This document shows, one piece after another, positions 1-8,353 of a stretch of DNA of 61,813 nt. The notes under the pieces are model-generated. The model saw nothing but the letters and a program-made list of their open reading frames with translations, ran no database searches and was not told where the DNA came from. Both the position numbers and the translations under genes were made by a program. Positions within the stretch are counted from its first letter, which is position 1. Each line of letters begins with the position of its first letter. This stretch comes from a virus: the IMG/VR virus record IMGVR_UViG_3300009639_000001, positions 1 to 61,813 of that record; one strand, written 5' to 3'.

Positions 1-123
1 GATAATTGATAAATTATCCAAAAAACGAGGGAAAGGAGGTAAAACAAAAGTTATCAATGAAGCTATTGAATTGTATTGCAATAATTTAACAAAAATTAAC
101 AAAATATAGTTATAATTGTCAGA
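1..123. repeat. Terminal overlap identical to 61691-61813 (circular closure or short terminal redundancy); contains the 3' end of the parG-like CDS (stop at 107-109)
   Basis: Base-by-base identity of the first 123 nt with the last 123 nt of the window. Confidence 0.95.
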
Positions 124-169
124 ATAATATATAATAAAAGTCATATTGTATAAGAGGAGGTAAATATTT

Positions 170-724
170 TTGAAAATATTAACACAAGAAGAAGTATCAA
201 AAGTATTAAAAATTTTAAAAAAACAAAGGAAAATATCTAATCCAGAAATAGCCCAATTATTTGGAATTAATGAATCATATGCAAGTGCTTGGGCTGGACA
301 TAATCCAAGTAATATGTGTCCTAAAAAAAGACTAGAAGAAATAACAGGTAAATTTGAAGAATGGCTAGGAGAACAACAAATAATGGATTATATATTAGAT
401 AATAATTATAATGTTGTATCTGTAATTAAAAAAGAAACAAAAATAAAAGTTCCAAAAATAAAAAATCCTGTTATCAAAAAAGAAAAATTACCTTTTGAAG
501 AATATGAAACTCTTATAGATATGCTACTAGCAAAACGATTGCCGGTCATAGAAAGACTAGAAAGAATCGGAAAAGAATTTGAACAGGCACAAAAAGAAGA
601 TTGCGCCCTGTCAGACGCAATCAATGCACTAAAAAGATTAAAAGTAATTGATGAAGATAGTGAAGAAGATCCAAAAGAAATTATTTATTCAGGAGTTACA
701 GGGCGGATAATTGATAAGTATTAA
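170..724 (+). CDS. HTH-containing protein of unknown function (maintenance module)
   Basis: TTG start 8 nt after AGGAGG; N-terminal helix-turn-helix-like segment (ISNPEIAQLFGINESYASAW); Lys/Glu-rich C-terminus. Confidence 0.5.
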   Translation: MKILTQEEVSKVLKILKKQRKISNPEIAQLFGINESYASAWAGHNPSNMCPKKRLEEITGKFEEWLGEQQIMDYILDNNYNVVSVIKKETKIKVPKIKNPVIKKEKLPFEEYETLIDMLLAKRLPVIERLERIGKEFEQAQKEDCALSDAINALKRLKVIDEDSEEDPKEIIYSGVTGRIIDKY

Positions 725-738
725 TAATCTGGTATAAT
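711..738 (+). promoter_or_regulatory. SigA-type promoter for the small toxin transcript
   Basis: TTGATA (711-716), 16-nt spacer ending in TG, TATAAT (733-738). Confidence 0.5.
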
Positions 739-789
739 AACTATAGGTTGCTAGGGGACGGTTAGCCACACCGAAAGGTGGTGGTATTT

Positions 790-864
790 ATGCGAACTTA
801 TGAGACATTAATGCTAATGATTGCTTTTGCGACATTGGTTGTATTGATCATAAAATGCAAATAA
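790..864 (+). CDS. 24-aa hydrophobic peptide, type I toxin-like (Fst/Hol-Tox-like)
   Basis: MRTYETLMLMIAFATLVVLIIKCK: single TM plus basic tail. The GGTGG SD lies in a GAAA-loop hairpin (ccacacc/ggtggtgg). Too short for the ORF track. Confidence 0.55.
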   Translation: MRTYETLMLMIAFATLVVLIIKCK

Positions 865-963
865 CCGCCCCCGGCTAAGGAATGGCGGTTATTTTTATCC
901 CGTATCTCTGAGGCCAACCGTTCTGGTAGCAACTTGGGTCGATGTTACAAGCATCGGCCCGTT
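855..963 (-). ncRNA. Candidate antisense antitoxin RNA convergent with the toxin mRNA
   Basis: Minus-strand TTGCAT (994-999), 18-nt spacer, TATAAT (970-975). The transcript would run through hairpin 936-960 to the shared terminator and overlap the toxin 3' end. Confidence 0.3.
861..897. terminator. Bidirectional rho-independent terminator
   Basis: ataaccgcc (861-869) pairs with ggcggttat (884-892); followed by TTTTT on the plus strand and a U-rich stretch on the minus strand. Confidence 0.6.
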
Positions 964-972
964 TTATTTATT
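936..972 (+). terminator. Second stem-loop plus T-run downstream of the toxin locus
   Basis: gggtcgatg pairs with catcggccc (one G-U pair), followed by gttttatttatt. Confidence 0.5.
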
Positions 973-1001
973 ATAACCGATCCTGCAAGTTAAATGCAAG
1001 A

Positions 1002-1128
1002 ACGGGGGTTTATATAAATATAAACCTTTGGAACGAAGAGAGAGAGAGACAGACTTCACCCTAGATACCCGCCTTTAAAATTTTAAAGGAGAGTATCTAG
1101 GAAAAAGTCTGTTTAATAAACCCCCGTC
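1002..1128. repeat. Nested inverted repeats (about 125-bp compound palindrome)
   Basis: acgggggtttat (1002-1013) pairs with ataaacccccgt (about 1116-1127). Inner arms: cagactt/aagtctg, cctagatac/gtatctagg, cctttaaaattttaaagg. A (GA)6 tract lies at about 1037-1050. Confidence 0.8.
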
Positions 1129-1411
1129 ACTCGGTCGGTCGCTTCAACACCTTCTCCGACTTCTAGCTTTCGCCTCCGATGTTCATCGTGTCATTTCCGT
1201 CCAACACTCCGACCGGCACCCGGACCCCGTAAGATCCCCAGAAATCCTCCACGCCGTTATGGTCGCGCTCACCTGTATGCCGGAGTGGAAGAAGGTTCAC
1301 CCTTTATCGGCATACGCCCATTTTAAGCCTGTAGGCAATCAGGAAGTTTTTCTAGCATCAAAAAAGACGCTCAGCGTTAAACTTTACCGCTGTTCGTCCT
1401 AAATACACCTA

Positions 1412-1440
1412 TTGCAAAAAATACATCTATGTGATATATT
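1412..1440 (+). promoter_or_regulatory. SigA-type promoter (orphan, no ORF downstream)
   Basis: TTGCAA (1412-1417), 17-nt spacer with TG at -15/-14, TATATT (1435-1440). Downstream hairpin actcgtaacag/ctgttgcgggt has G-U pairs that only work on the plus strand. Confidence 0.45.
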
Positions 1441-1742
1441 TTTCTTGAGTCCTGCAATGTGTGTGCATTCAGGTTCGTGACTCGTAACAGTTTCTAGCTG
1501 TTGCGGGTCTTCCTTATTCAATTGTTTGTAATTATACTATGGATTAAAAAATGTTACAATTTATTTTTATATACCTTGATCGGCATACGCTTATTTTTCT
1601 TCCTGTAAGCAATCAGGCGGTTTTTTAATTGGCGGTATCGTGCCGGGGTGTTTTTCCTACATCTGACCACCCACGCCTACTGATTGCAATAAAAATAGGA
1701 CAACGATTTATCGTTTGTCCTACTGATTTCAAAATTAACCTG

Positions 1743-1771
1743 TTGATTTCTTGATTTTCTAATAGTATAAT
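1743..1771 (+). promoter_or_regulatory. Near-consensus SigA promoter
   Basis: TTGATT (1743-1748), exactly 17 nt, TATAAT (1766-1771); overlapped by CCTRYTGATTKC direct repeats. Confidence 0.55.
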
Positions 1772-1777
1772 ACTCTT

Positions 1778-1867
1778 AGAAACCAATAAACTTACTGGTT
1801 GTGGTGTTTACAATCAGTGGGATACGCTTTAGGGTGGCCTTGCTGGGCTGCCCTTTAGCTTTTTATT
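1778..1867 (+). ncRNA. Candidate ~90-nt small RNA
   Basis: Bounded by the promoter at 1743-1771 and a terminator (agggtggcc 1831-1839 pairs with ggctgccct 1846-1854, then T-rich). No ORF. Confidence 0.4.
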
Positions 1868-2026
1868 CAGTTGTTATTTGACATAAGTATAATATAAATC
1901 TGAAAATATTACAAATTTTAATTTCATCAAATATCTACACAAAATATCAATCCAGTGCGACTTTGAGCATTATAAATAGCAAAAAGTCGCTTTTTGCTAT
2001 TTATTTATAATTATCGCAATTAATAA

Positions 2027-2335
2027 TCAGTTATTCTTAGAAGCATCGGTTTTCCTTTCAAGCCGAAGAGTTATTATTCCTGTATTGATATTAACATCTT
2101 CCAGTAAATCTACTTGATTAATAATAGCAAAATCTTCTTTTGTAATTGTTATATTGTCACCTAATTTATGAACGATTATTTTTAAATTATTAAGCATTCT
2201 TTGCATTATATAAAGATCATCTGCATCCAAATTATCATCTCTCCCTCCCTGTGCCAAAATAGGTAATTCTACATCATTTCCCCAAAAACCTCTCCATTTT
2301 CTAATAGCAACTGACTCGAAATCAAAATTTTCCAT
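2027..2335 (-). CDS. Hypothetical protein (last gene of the RHH/TM2 operon)
   Basis: 102-aa ORF beginning 3 nt after the upstream stop; no recognisable motif. Confidence 0.5.
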   Translation of the reverse strand: MENFDFESVAIRKWRGFWGNDVELPILAQGGRDDNLDADDLYIMQRMLNNLKIIVHKLGDNITITKEDFAIINQVDLLEDVNINTGIITLRLERKTDASKNN

Positions 2336-2337
2336 TT

Positions 2338-2715
2338 TTACCTTCTTAATGGTTGTCCAACGTTATCGGTGAATTGGCCCATAACAATCTGAATCAAATC
2401 GATAATAGTAATAAAGAGTAAAAATCCTATTATTGCAGGAAAATCAGCATGTACAGCTGATAAATTTAATAGTAGTAAAAAAAATCCAGTATATATTTTC
2501 CCTACATAAATTCTGTGTATTGCCGTTATTCCTAATATACCGCCTAAAAATCCTAGGCAACAAAGAACCAAAGCTGTTTTTTTACTTTTATTGGAAGTTA
2601 GAGCAACATATTGAGTAGGAGCTGCCGACATGTGGATATTATTTGGTTCTGAAGCGCATATTGGACAATGATTCCAGCTGCTTTGTAATTCGGTTCCACA
2701 ATGTTGACATTTCAT
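2338..2715 (-). CDS. Zinc-ribbon plus TM2-domain membrane protein
   Basis: N-terminal CxxC...CxxC (MKCQHCGTEL..CPIC); GxHRIYVGK motif and two TM helices typical of TM2 domains. Confidence 0.65.
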   Translation of the reverse strand: MKCQHCGTELQSSWNHCPICASEPNNIHMSAAPTQYVALTSNKSKKTALVLCCLGFLGGILGITAIHRIYVGKIYTGFFLLLLNLSAVHADFPAIIGFLLFITIIDLIQIVMGQFTDNVGQPLRR

Positions 2716-2720
2716 TTGAA

Positions 2721-2867
2721 TTACCCCTTTTTATTTTGTATTTTTGTTAATTTTGTAATATAACGTCTAATTTCATCAGATGGGGTTGTTCCGTTCTCAG
2801 CACACCATTTGTAAAAATTTATTTTTTGTTCAGGTGTTATTCGAATCTGCAATCTTGTTTCATTCAT
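2721..2867 (-). CDS. 48-aa ribbon-helix-helix (CopG/Arc-like) protein
   Basis: MNETRLQIRITPEQKINFYKWCAENGTTPSDEIRRYI...; GGAGGTGAG SD 4 nt upstream. Too short for the ORF track. Confidence 0.5.
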   Translation of the reverse strand: MNETRLQIRITPEQKINFYKWCAENGTTPSDEIRRYITKLTKIQNKKG

Positions 2868-2942
2868 TTACTCACCTCCAATTCATCTTGTAATCACATT
2901 GTACATCCAACGTGATTACAAGTAAACAGGTAAATCTACCCA

Positions 2943-2976
2943 AATAAAAAACGCCTTCCACCGTTAGGCAGAAGGC
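2943..2976 (-). terminator. Terminator after the lysis operon
   Basis: gccttc pairs with gaaggc; followed on the minus strand by GTTTTTTATTT. Confidence 0.5.
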
Positions 2977-3084
2977 TATAATAGGAGGAAATATTGATTA
3001 ATGTAATAAATTATGTATTAATATCCCACAAATTAAAACAAAAATAATAATTAAAGCTAATCTAAAAATCTGCATGAAAATTAA

Positions 3085-3312
3085 TTATACAGGAGTAATT
3101 GGAACAATAAATTGTGATAATAGATCATTTATAGCAATCATAGCTGCATTAACTGCTAATATTTCTAATTTATCTCTTTCGCTAACAAATGGACTGTCGT
3201 TTGGGGTTTCACCATCGATAATACTTTGCACGACAGCAGCACCATAAGTATTTACGTAATCGAGCATAATAGTAGCTAAATTGGATAAGAGTTGTGATAA
3301 AATAAGACTCAT
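3085..3312 (-). CDS. Hypothetical 75-aa protein (end of the lysis cassette)
   Basis: Internal ATG at 3310-3312 preceded by AAAGGAGATAAAAATT. The longer track ORF would overlap the amidase gene. Confidence 0.45.
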   Translation of the reverse strand: MSLILSQLLSNLATIMLDYVNTYGAAVVQSIIDGETPNDSPFVSERDKLEILAVNAAMIAINDLLSQFIVPITPV

Positions 3313-3337
3313 AATTTTTATCTCCTTTTTTTCAATT

Positions 3338-3808
3338 TTAGATATCCGGCAATAATTTATATAAACTGTCTCCTGGACATAAAGTAGCCACGCTAGGATC
3401 GTCCACAATCGCCGCAACGTCCTCGTGGGCGATGATCTGCGCGTTAGGGTACTTTGCTAACAAATCAGAGATATTATCCTTTAAAGCCGAAATTTGCGCG
3501 TCTGTCGGCGTCTCTTGACTCTCAGTAGATTGGAAGTCACCTTCGAGTGCTATCCCGACAGAACATTCATTGACACCTAATGCGTGAGCACCTATGGTAT
3601 CATCTGGACGGCCCTGCACTGTAGTTCCATCGCCTTTGATGACTCGGTGGTATCCAATACCTATCCATCCTTCGTCAAGGTGCTCTTGGAATATTTCATC
3701 TACATCTTGATCTTGCGGTCCATCCGTATGGTGTACCACAATGTATAACGTTTTGGTACGCATTTCAAGCTGTCCAGCCCAAGGCCAATCTTTTTGGATT
3801 ATGTTCAT
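3338..3808 (-). CDS. N-acetylmuramoyl-L-alanine amidase (Amidase_2/PGRP-type endolysin)
   Basis: LYIVVHHTD..., GIGYHRVI..., GAHALGVN...IALEGDF: motifs of zinc amidases. Confidence 0.85.
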   Translation of the reverse strand: MNIIQKDWPWAGQLEMRTKTLYIVVHHTDGPQDQDVDEIFQEHLDEGWIGIGYHRVIKGDGTTVQGRPDDTIGAHALGVNECSVGIALEGDFQSTESQETPTDAQISALKDNISDLLAKYPNAQIIAHEDVAAIVDDPSVATLCPGDSLYKLLPDI

Positions 3809-4416
3809 ACTTTTTCAGCCACTAAATCTTCAATAGCATCGGAACACTCTGACATCATACGCCAAATTAACCGGCAATTATCTTTTCTCCATGTTGCAGT
3901 TCCGCGAGTAAAATAAATATATGGTATTAAAAGACTATCCTCTGTTATATCCATATTGGCTGTTCGCATGTAATCTTCCGCATCGCTAAAGAGCGCAGGG
4001 ATTTTAAAAGGTCCGTATTGAACTGCACATGACCATACTACATCCTGCAAAACATTGGAATGTTTTGTTACATCAATTCCCGCCTTAATCAATTGAGAAA
4101 CAGCAACATCATAATACATAATTTTGCAATAATCATATTGAGATTGTAGAAACACATCAGAATTGTCTTTAGCTACTTGAATCCAGATATTATTAAATGC
4201 AATAGATGGTGGAGTATCTTGGCTTAATTGCTTTCCCATTACTGCATATTCGACAATAACAGAAGTACATAGCCATTTTACAAATGCCTGCACAACACCA
4301 TCACCGGCATAAAATTGGTATGCTCCATAACTAGCTTCACAATGAGGACCATTGGTTCTATTAATCGAAGCGGGATCACCTAATGACTCATATTTTTTGG
4401 ACAAATCACCTAACAT
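3805..4416 (-). CDS. Putative second peptidoglycan hydrolase (lysozyme/chitosanase-like)
   Basis: SKKYESLGDP...ASYGAYQF motif seen in phage muramidase-like proteins; sits between the holin-like genes and the amidase. Confidence 0.4.
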   Translation of the reverse strand: MLGDLSKKYESLGDPASINRTNGPHCEASYGAYQFYAGDGVVQAFVKWLCTSVIVEYAVMGKQLSQDTPPSIAFNNIWIQVAKDNSDVFLQSQYDYCKIMYYDVAVSQLIKAGIDVTKHSNVLQDVVWSCAVQYGPFKIPALFSDAEDYMRTANMDITEDSLLIPYIYFTRGTATWRKDNCRLIWRMMSECSDAIEDLVAEKV

Positions 4417-4425
4417 AATATCTCC

Positions 4426-4686
4426 TTATGGTGCATGACCTCCGAAATGTGCAGCATATGCTGCACCTGCTGCCAATAAAGCACCTAGAATGCTAATAAT
4501 GGCAGTTATTACTCCATGGGAGCCTTGATGCTGGCCTTGCTGATTTGCGCGATACTGTTCCAGTGATCGCAATCGGTCTAAAACTTTAATCATTAAACTG
4601 GATAATTTATCAACACTGTTTTTTGTTGCAGCAACATCGCCTGTCATTTTAAGTAGTATTTCAAGGATTTTATCCTCGTTGGACAC
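4426..4686 (-). CDS. XhlA-like coiled-coil protein with a C-terminal TM (lysis accessory or holin)
   Basis: N-terminal coiled coil and C-terminal TM (VITAIISILGALLAAGAAYAA); position in the lysis cassette. Confidence 0.5.
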   Translation of the reverse strand: MSNEDKILEILLKMTGDVAATKNSVDKLSSLMIKVLDRLRSLEQYRANQQGQHQGSHGVITAIISILGALLAAGAAYAAHFGGHAP

Positions 4687-4700
4687 ATTTTGCCACCTCC

Positions 4701-5012
4701 TTATTTATTGTTGTTTTCAACAAGTTTACGAAGTATAGCAAGTTCTTCTTTGACCATGGTATAGGTTTGCTGTGATCGACGCTCGGAGGCTTTATCTAGT
4801 AAGTTTGTGCCTACGATAATCAAAGGTAAAGCCCATAGCTGGATTGTGTTGCTCCAGTACAAAAGGGATGTTTCTTGATCTGGCCAAAGCAGAGGTGCAA
4901 AACCATATAAAAAAAACAAATAACATAGCCACATTGATCCGAATATTTTCGTTCCTTTTACAGCTAAATAATCATTAAAATGTTTAATTCTGTTATGTAG
5001 TTTTTTAACCAA
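4701..5012 (-). CDS. Two-TM membrane protein, holin candidate
   Basis: TTG start at 5010-5012 after AGGAGGGAG; two hydrophobic helices. The longer track ORF overlaps the tail fibre gene. Confidence 0.4.
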   Translation of the reverse strand: MVKKLHNRIKHFNDYLAVKGTKIFGSMWLCYLFFLYGFAPLLWPDQETSLLYWSNTIQLWALPLIIVGTNLLDKASERRSQQTYTMVKEELAILRKLVENNNK

Positions 5013-5026
5013 TCTTTGCTCCCTCC

Positions 5027-6814
5027 TTATAATTCTGCCGATAAATACCCACCTATATAACAAAAAACTCCTGTTGACCAATTAGCAGCGCTATTAGATA
5101 ATGCTGCCATTTGTGTAGTAGTATCTGTAGTTATTGCCGGAGTTCCTGCATTACCACTTCCTACTGTAAACGTAGCATTTAATAATGTCGGCGTTGTTCT
5201 CATTGTTACAGGGTATATTACAATCCCGTTATAAAGATTCGATGCACTCATGGTATAACCTAACCAGTAAGTAATTAACATGTAAGCATATCTCTCGCAC
5301 AATGCCAATTCAGCACCATAGGATAAAAATTCAAACGGTGTAGCATAACTATTTTTCTCCAACTGAACTCCAGTTATTGTTAATGTTCCCGATGTAAAAG
5401 CACCAACAGAAAAATCAATTTCAACGCCATTTATTGCATTTGCAGGCATTGAAATATTCACTGTATATTTTGTTGGCGTTGAAGTAATAGTGAATGTTCC
5501 TGTCGCTATTTGGGTTTTAGTTGGTGATGCCACCGTCCCAAAGGTATCCGTTGTATTTGCATAATAAGCTGTCCAAGTTATTGAAGTTAAAGTAGTACTG
5601 CTGATTTGAGCCTGTAACGTTGCAGTGTTTCCGGCAAGATCATACGCATTAAATGATTCGATCCTTTGTCCACGTACCACTGCCGTTACACTTGAAGCAC
5701 CGGTAATTTGATAAGCATATTGAAAATTATTTACTCCTGAAGTTACACGCTGGCCGGTTACATTGGCGCCGGTACAATAAACGAACCAACGATCATTAGT
5801 ATAGGCCAATGCTGCACCTGCTGTAATTGTTTGGGATGATCCGCTATTAAGTTGGTCAAACCGATTATCACCATTAATAATTTTATTTCTGTCAGTAGTA
5901 GGTCCATTGCTCCAAACAGGATTAGCTCCACTGTCTTGCGTTTGTAATACTTGTCCTGCTGTTCCTGTAGCTAAATTAACCCATGCTGTTCCATTGTAAT
6001 AAGGGATATTCCCTTGTACTGCCGAAGGAAAAAGATTTACAAGAGCTGATGCTGCTGATGTCGCATTGGTTCCACCGCTGCCCAATGGCAAAGGCGTTGC
6101 CAAAGATAAAACACCTGCCGAACTAATAGTCGCCGAATCAGCAGCACCAGCATTAGTAACAAAATGGATTGCATTCGCTGTGCCGGTTCCAATTGCTAAA
6201 TCTCCACTAACAGCTTCTAAATACACCATATTGGGAGTATTAAACGCACTTGGACCAGTAAACCCACTAGAATTCATACCAAACTCGCCATAATATGTAG
6301 AAGCTGTCCCCTGATCATTATTAACAATAAAATTGGTGGATGCAGTTGTTCCAGAGTTTATATTTTGAATTAATATTTGATTATACATAGGTGTACTTGA
6401 TGTTGCTTGAATTAAAATACCAGTATCTGTAATTTCTGGAGTTCCTAAAACTAAAGTTTCATTTGATGCTAAAACACTAGGAGTCGATGTATTATTCGAT
6501 AATACTGAATATGCCAAAGTAGAAGACAACCCAGTTCCACCATTTACAATAGGGAGAACACCACTAAACCCGCTAGTGAGCCAATGAATAGTACCATTTG
6601 CATCAATAGTTCCTAATTCATATGAATTTACTCCATTTTTATCGGCCTGCATGATTTCATTCGTTGAGGTATTGATCCAAAACTGATAAGGATATAAAGG
6701 ATTCGGTGCACCCGTTCCTGCAAATAACGTTGCCAAAGATAATAATGCATTATTAAAACCTGTTCTAACTTGAAATCCTGATCCATCAGGAACTACAATT
6801 GGATTTTGTGCCAT
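5027..6814 (-). CDS. Tail fibre protein (distal, receptor-binding candidate)
   Basis: 595 aa, Ser/Thr/Gly/Asn-rich fibre-like composition; last structural gene before lysis. Confidence 0.7.
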   Translation of the reverse strand: MAQNPIVVPDGSGFQVRTGFNNALLSLATLFAGTGAPNPLYPYQFWINTSTNEIMQADKNGVNSYELGTIDANGTIHWLTSGFSGVLPIVNGGTGLSSTLAYSVLSNNTSTPSVLASNETLVLGTPEITDTGILIQATSSTPMYNQILIQNINSGTTASTNFIVNNDQGTASTYYGEFGMNSSGFTGPSAFNTPNMVYLEAVSGDLAIGTGTANAIHFVTNAGAADSATISSAGVLSLATPLPLGSGGTNATSAASALVNLFPSAVQGNIPYYNGTAWVNLATGTAGQVLQTQDSGANPVWSNGPTTDRNKIINGDNRFDQLNSGSSQTITAGAALAYTNDRWFVYCTGANVTGQRVTSGVNNFQYAYQITGASSVTAVVRGQRIESFNAYDLAGNTATLQAQISSTTLTSITWTAYYANTTDTFGTVASPTKTQIATGTFTITSTPTKYTVNISMPANAINGVEIDFSVGAFTSGTLTITGVQLEKNSYATPFEFLSYGAELALCERYAYMLITYWLGYTMSASNLYNGIVIYPVTMRTTPTLLNATFTVGSGNAGTPAITTDTTTQMAALSNSAANWSTGVFCYIGGYLSAEL

Positions 6815-6826
6815 ATAGTTATCCTC

Positions 6827-7645
6827 CTATACGCCTTGTGCATACCAAAAAAATGATAATGTATTAGTAAAAGCATTACCATTATGATCAAAAAATGCGG
6901 TAAAAGATGACAATGAAAGACTTGAAACTCCTGTTGAAAGTTCTGTACTAGCAGAACCAAAATTAGCCATTACAGGGGTTATATTAACTGTTTCAACAAT
7001 AGTAGAGAATGTCTGTGTAAAATTCACTACAGAAGTTTCTGTATTTGTACCTGAAGGAGAAATGTTTACTGATCCCCATTGCTCAATACGACCGTCTGAC
7101 CATTTACGATAGCCATTAGATCCAAGTGATTGATTAGTGATATAGGCAACTAATACACCACCAGTACTTACTGTTCCATTTACTGCTAAATTGCCTGTTA
7201 TTGTGTCACCGGCTCTATTAACTGGCGTATAACCAATATTAGCAACTGCGGTGCCAGAAGCTAAATAAGTATTAGTAATAGATCCGGCGCTTAAATTCGC
7301 TAAAGCGGTTCCCGCAGCCAATAATGCATTTGTTATACCATTAGCATTAATTGAGATAATATTATTAGATACTGATAGTGGTGATGTCGTGGTGTATGTA
7401 ATTACTGCGCTTATTATTGCTTCTAAAGTAGTGATACTGCTATCAGATACCGTATATCCTAGATTAGCTAATATCTGGCAAAATGCAGCTGCGAAAGTAC
7501 TGCTTTGAAATAATGCTTTATTCATGATCTGTGAACTCGCTGTACCTGTAACAAAACCGCCAGGTGCTACTCCTGAATACGTAGCGTCAGAAGCAATATT
7601 AGTTTTAGTTGAATCAAATTGTAAAAAGTTAGTACTTCCTGCCAT
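6827..7645 (-). CDS. Tail fibre / fibre-proximal protein
   Basis: Fibre-like composition; C-terminal GYRKWSDGRIEQWG motif typical of phage fibre tip domains. Confidence 0.6.
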   Translation of the reverse strand: MAGSTNFLQFDSTKTNIASDATYSGVAPGGFVTGTASSQIMNKALFQSSTFAAAFCQILANLGYTVSDSSITTLEAIISAVITYTTTSPLSVSNNIISINANGITNALLAAGTALANLSAGSITNTYLASGTAVANIGYTPVNRAGDTITGNLAVNGTVSTGGVLVAYITNQSLGSNGYRKWSDGRIEQWGSVNISPSGTNTETSVVNFTQTFSTIVETVNITPVMANFGSASTELSTGVSSLSLSSFTAFFDHNGNAFTNTLSFFWYAQGV

Positions 7646-7658
7646 AAAATTTCCCCCT

Positions 7659-8342
7659 TTAAGTTACCAACCAGTAACCTTGATCCCAACCTTGTATATA
7701 AGCGTTTCCCAAATCAAAACCAAATACTGGCAATGTACCAAGTGAGTAATTAACAAGAACGCCTTCAGGCCGTGGAACAATATAGCCATTAATAATTAAA
7801 TCATGAATATTAGACGTGAAATTACCTGACAAAATAACATTCATACTCATATCTTGATTATCTTGGATAACAATAATCCCGCCGGGAAATAAGGTTGCCC
7901 ATGAAGCATATAAACTTGGAATAGTGCCATTCCACATATTTTTTATGATAGTAGCTTTTAAAAGAACCTGATAATCACCATCATTCAAAGTTGGACTAGA
8001 TCCATTCGTCGGATTAAAATTTATGGTTCTTGATTGTCCAATTAATTCTCCCAATAAATCAAGCTGAACTCCGACAGCATTATCAATACTTAAATAGCTA
8101 TACATATTACAAGCTAAATAAGCTGCATCATTAAAAGGAGTCAATAACAGCTGTAACATAGCCATAAAATTGGGTTTTGTTATATATTCTGAAGTAGGAT
8201 AACCAAGATAATATTGGATTGATGGAGTCGTTGACCATGCGTCTATATCCGGTACTAAATCAACATCAGGTATACTATCGAATAATGTAAGTGGTTCGGT
8301 CCATAATAAACTTAAAGGAGTTGGTCCTGTAGGTATTGTCAT
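7659..8342 (-). CDS. Baseplate protein (gpI/DUF2612-like position)
   Basis: Follows the baseplate-J-like gene and precedes the fibres. Confidence 0.45.
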   Translation of the reverse strand: MTIPTGPTPLSLLWTEPLTLFDSIPDVDLVPDIDAWSTTPSIQYYLGYPTSEYITKPNFMAMLQLLLTPFNDAAYLACNMYSYLSIDNAVGVQLDLLGELIGQSRTINFNPTNGSSPTLNDGDYQVLLKATIIKNMWNGTIPSLYASWATLFPGGIIVIQDNQDMSMNVILSGNFTSNIHDLIINGYIVPRPEGVLVNYSLGTLPVFGFDLGNAYIQGWDQGYWLVT

Positions 8343-8353
8343 GATTTCCTCCT

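Noticed and set aside
1-123. Treating the 5'-terminal partial CDS as a separate truncated gene, or the repeat as a proven direct terminal repeat
   Set aside because: It is an exact copy of the 3' end of the parG-like gene at the other end of the window. Assembly overlap of a circular molecule is the simplest reading, and DTR versus overlap cannot be decided from sequence alone.
1002-1128. N15-type telomere resolution site (linear phage-plasmid)
   Set aside because: No protelomerase-sized or protelomerase-like gene is present. The window closes as a circle through the 123-bp overlap.
2998-3075. 25-aa hydrophobic minus-strand ORF (MQIFRLALIIIFVLICGILIHNLLH) after the lysis genes
   Set aside because: No SD is recognisable upstream, so it is not reported as a feature. 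It could still be a small lysis-associated peptide.
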